DNA of 53,115 nt from an uncultured PS1 clade bacterium (GTDB lineage Bacteria > Pseudomonadota > Alphaproteobacteria > MED-G09). Position numbers and translations under genes: made by a program. Shown piece after piece: positions 51,096 to 53,115 of this stretch. Each line of letters opens with the position of its first letter. Within the stretch, counting starts at the first letter, position 1. The stretch is taken from NCBI GenBank assembly GCA_902533755.1, contig CACANC010000005.1:1-53115 (forward strand), read 5' to 3'. The notes beneath the pieces are model-generated. The model was not told the DNA's origin and searched no databases. It worked only from the letters and a program-made list of their open reading frames with translations.

Positions 51096-51181
51096 TAATA
51101 ATTATGGCAATATTATTCTTATTTTTTGGTAATTGGCTGGACGAACTAAAACATCTAATTAATGTCAATCATGTTCACTAA
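51065..51181 (+). CDS. 38-aa hydrophobic peptide whose first 9 codons derive from the repeated leader; may be a remnant rather than a gene
   Basis: MKKVLLGLVIVIIMAILFLFFGNWLDELKHLINVNHVH*, from manual translation. Confidence 0.3.
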   Translation: MKKVLLGLVIVIIMAILFLFFGNWLDELKHLINVNHVH

Positions 51182-51207
51182 TTTTACCTTTATTATTGGA
51201 GTATATA

Positions 51208-51675
51208 ATGAAAAAAATTTTATTAAGTTTAGTCATGACTTTAATAATGACGGCTAATGGATACGCAGATGAAATTGAAATTAAAAAAATAAAAGATAAA
51301 CATGATACTTATTATAAATACCTTTTTGAAAATGATATGAATAGTTTGGCTAAATTATTCTCTTTCCCCGCCGTTTTTAAGGGGTTCGTAAATGAAGTCC
51401 AAATTGCAAAAAATAAAAAAGAAATAAAAAATATCTACGAAAACCTTATTAAAGCAGCCCCTCAATCAAAATTTGCTAACAAAGGTATAAATTATACCGA
51501 AATAAACACAAAAGTTGAAAATAAATCAATTTTTAAAATGCGTGAAGATACATATATGCTTATAGTAAAGTATACTCAGAGTGATAAAAAAGATAATTCA
51601 TTAATTTTTTCTGGAAGAGCATCATATTTATTTATAAAAGATGATGAAGAGTGGTTAATATCAGGTGTATTTTAG
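51208..51675 (+). CDS. exported NTF2-like protein, paralog of 49014..49457
   Basis: MKKILLSLVMTLIMTANGYA signal peptide. Same length class and C-terminal DEEWLISGVF. GGAG lies upstream of the ATG at 51208. Confidence 0.7.
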   Translation: MKKILLSLVMTLIMTANGYADEIEIKKIKDKHDTYYKYLFENDMNSLAKLFSFPAVFKGFVNEVQIAKNKKEIKNIYENLIKAAPQSKFANKGINYTEINTKVENKSIFKMREDTYMLIVKYTQSDKKDNSLIFSGRASYLFIKDDEEWLISGVF

Positions 51676-51769
51676 CTCTATAATGATAAATATCCTCAAA
51701 AAATAATGTATCAAATCGATTAAACTAAAATATTATAAAAGAATTTTCATAACTGATCAGGAGAAAATA

Positions 51770-52018
51770 ATGAATTTATCTATGGAACTAACAGCTTATC
51801 CATTGGAAGACAAATATCTTCCAGTAATAGAAAAATATATTGAACATTTAAGAGGTTATAAAAAAATTAAGCTAGAAGTCTTTCCGACTTGTTCAGTATT
51901 ATTTGGCAAACATGATGATGTTGTGGAAGCATTAAGCTCATCAATCAAGTGGAGTGTTGAGCATAAAAATAAAGTTGTCTTTATATCTAAATTTTTACCA
52001 AATTATGAAGCAATATAA
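51770..52018 (+). CDS. small hypothetical protein (possibly YkoF/MTH1187-like fold, tentative)
   Basis: 82 aa with GGAG upstream. The pattern ELTAYPLED..LPVIEKYIEHLR...LEVFPTCSVLFGKHDDVVEAL recalls DUF77-type proteins but is unverified. Confidence 0.5.
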   Translation: MNLSMELTAYPLEDKYLPVIEKYIEHLRGYKKIKLEVFPTCSVLFGKHDDVVEALSSSIKWSVEHKNKVVFISKFLPNYEAI

Positions 52019-52029
52019 AGGAGAATAAC

Positions 52030-52380
52030 ATGAAAGGCGCTAAGGAAATTATTGAAACTTTTTGGAAAATCCAAGATGGAGGAGATTATACTAAGGTGGT
52101 AGAATTATTTGCAGAAGATGCTGTTTTAGTTGATCCCTTTTTTGGAACATTTGAGGGTAAAAAAGCAATTGGAGGATTTATGAAGAAAATGAACAAAGAA
52201 ATGACCTCAAGAGAGACAAGTTTTATTGCAAAAGAAATAGATGGAGGCGGGGAGGTTGCTTGGGCACAATGGACTGCTAAAACTCCAAATGGGGATGTAG
52301 AAGGCTGTGGTTTATATAGAGTCAAGAATGGAATGATGACTTATTATAAAGACTATATGAATGCGCCTAAAGAGAACTAA
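52030..52380 (+). CDS. SnoaL-like / NTF2-superfamily protein
   Basis: IIETFWKIQDGGDYTKVVELFAEDAVLVDPFFGTFEGKKAIGGFM...GCGLYRVKNGMMTYYKDY. Confidence 0.75.
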   Translation: MKGAKEIIETFWKIQDGGDYTKVVELFAEDAVLVDPFFGTFEGKKAIGGFMKKMNKEMTSRETSFIAKEIDGGGEVAWAQWTAKTPNGDVEGCGLYRVKNGMMTYYKDYMNAPKEN

Positions 52381-52469
52381 ATATAATAATAATTAAATTT
52401 AATTAAACAAATACTATCTTTAATTAGATTTTTATCCTATAAGCTTTTTAAATTTTAAGGAGACTAAAT

Positions 52470-52688
52470 ATGCCATCAGGTAAAGTTAAATGGTTCAATG
52501 CCAATAAAGGTTTTGGATTTATTGAAAATGATGAAGGCGGCGATGATGTATTCGTACATATTTCTGCTGTTCAAGAATCAGGATTGGGAACTCTAAATGA
52601 TAACGATCATATAAATTTTGAGATTGTTGAAAATAGAGGAAAAAATGCTGCTGCAAATCTAACAAGAGTAGAATCAAGCGAAGAGTAA
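52470..52688 (+). CDS. cspA: cold-shock protein (CspA family)
   Basis: [31 protein letters not shown] (RNP1 and RNP2 motifs). Confidence 0.93.
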   Translation: MPSGKVKWFNANKGFGFIENDEGGDDVFVHISAVQESGLGTLNDNDHINFEIVENRGKNAAANLTRVESSEE

Positions 52689-52780
52689 AACTAAATAATA
52701 TAGCTATCTTTAAGAATTATCAAAATTTAATCACTATCGAACTTAACGACCTTAATAAGGGTCAATCAAAATATTTTTAA

Positions 52781-53115
52781 ATGGAAAATTTTATGAGTGA
52801 ATTATCAGATATAGCTGAATCTATTCGTAATTATAAATTAAATGCAGACGGTGGATATGAAGAATGGGCAAAAGTTCCATGTTCTGAAGATTATAGAATG
52901 TATGTTCCTTCAATGGGTTTTGATGTTACTGGAGCTGATGAAGTAAAGGAAGTGATCTTCGGTTGGTTAACTGATATAGAAGCTGTACAAGAACTAGTAA
53001 ATATTATTGAATTTGAAAATACCGTTACAACATTTCTGCACATATCAAATAAAGACGACGAAATATTAAATATTGTTGAAGTCTTTAAAATTGATGATGA
53101 TGGAAAAGTTTTTGA
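52781..53115 (+). CDS. hypothetical protein, 3'-truncated by the window end (possibly another NTF2-like paralog)
   Basis: Open frame with no stop from ATG 52781 (alternative ATG at 52793) to the window end. It ends ...VEVFKIDDDGKVF, a typical SnoaL-like C-terminal pattern. Confidence 0.5.
   Translation, partial: MENFMSELSDIAESIRNYKLNADGGYEEWAKVPCSEDYRMYVPSMGFDVTGADEVKEVIFGWLTDIEAVQELVNIIEFENTVTTFLHISNKDDEILNIVEVFKIDDDGKVF

Noticed and set aside
44805-53115. The possibility that the accessory region is a prophage, ICE, integron or CRISPR locus.
   Set aside because: I recognise no capsid, terminase, tail, relaxase or T4SS genes, and no IntI-type integrase or attC-like imperfect palindromes at cassette ends. 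There is no short regularly spaced repeat-spacer array. The only repeats are the tRNA-derived modules described above.

Overview
The window is AT-rich and extremely gene-dense, with many 1-4 nt gene overlaps. It shows alphaproteobacterial core synteny: spoT-pyrE-DUF2062-pdxJ-acpS-lepB-rnc-era-recO-parC, a glyA-nrdR-ribD-ribE-ribBA-ribH-nusB-thiL block, argS-SPOR-scpAB-tatABC-serS, yajC-secDF, and uvrA/ssb/gyrA-coaD-ppi-queA-tgt. By inference this fits a streamlined marine alphaproteobacterium of the SAR11/Pelagibacterales type. Positions 1-44.8 kb are housekeeping. The one oddity there is at the extreme left edge, where two pieces of a RelA/SpoT gene lie in opposite orientation (junction about 135-150). 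A tRNA-Lys(UUU) at 44805-44880 marks the start of an accessory region that runs to the window end. That region is divided into short cargo cassettes by repeated copies of the tRNA 3' half plus about 140-190 bp of its downstream leader: a hairpin, a tandem 11-bp motif, a promoter-like box, an RBS and the first codons of a lipoprotein signal peptide. There are three long copies (44836, 47178, 48826), two degenerate internally deleted copies (46969, 50262) and one leader-only fragment (51056). I could not find an integrase, transposase, phage gene or conjugation gene in the window. The first cassette is exactly filled by a translationally coupled two-gene module: a T5orf172/GIY-YIG-like protein followed by a DUF3578 (McrB-N-like)-HNH protein. 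This is my best candidate for an undescribed modification-dependent or anti-phage system. Other cargo includes a TauE/SafE exporter, a Cys-containing membrane protein, a periplasmic rhodanese fusion, a flavodoxin-like NAD(P)H oxidoreductase, several NTF2/SnoaL-like paralogs and a cold-shock protein. No rRNA or CRISPR array was seen. All domain calls come from reading motifs by eye, not from database searches.
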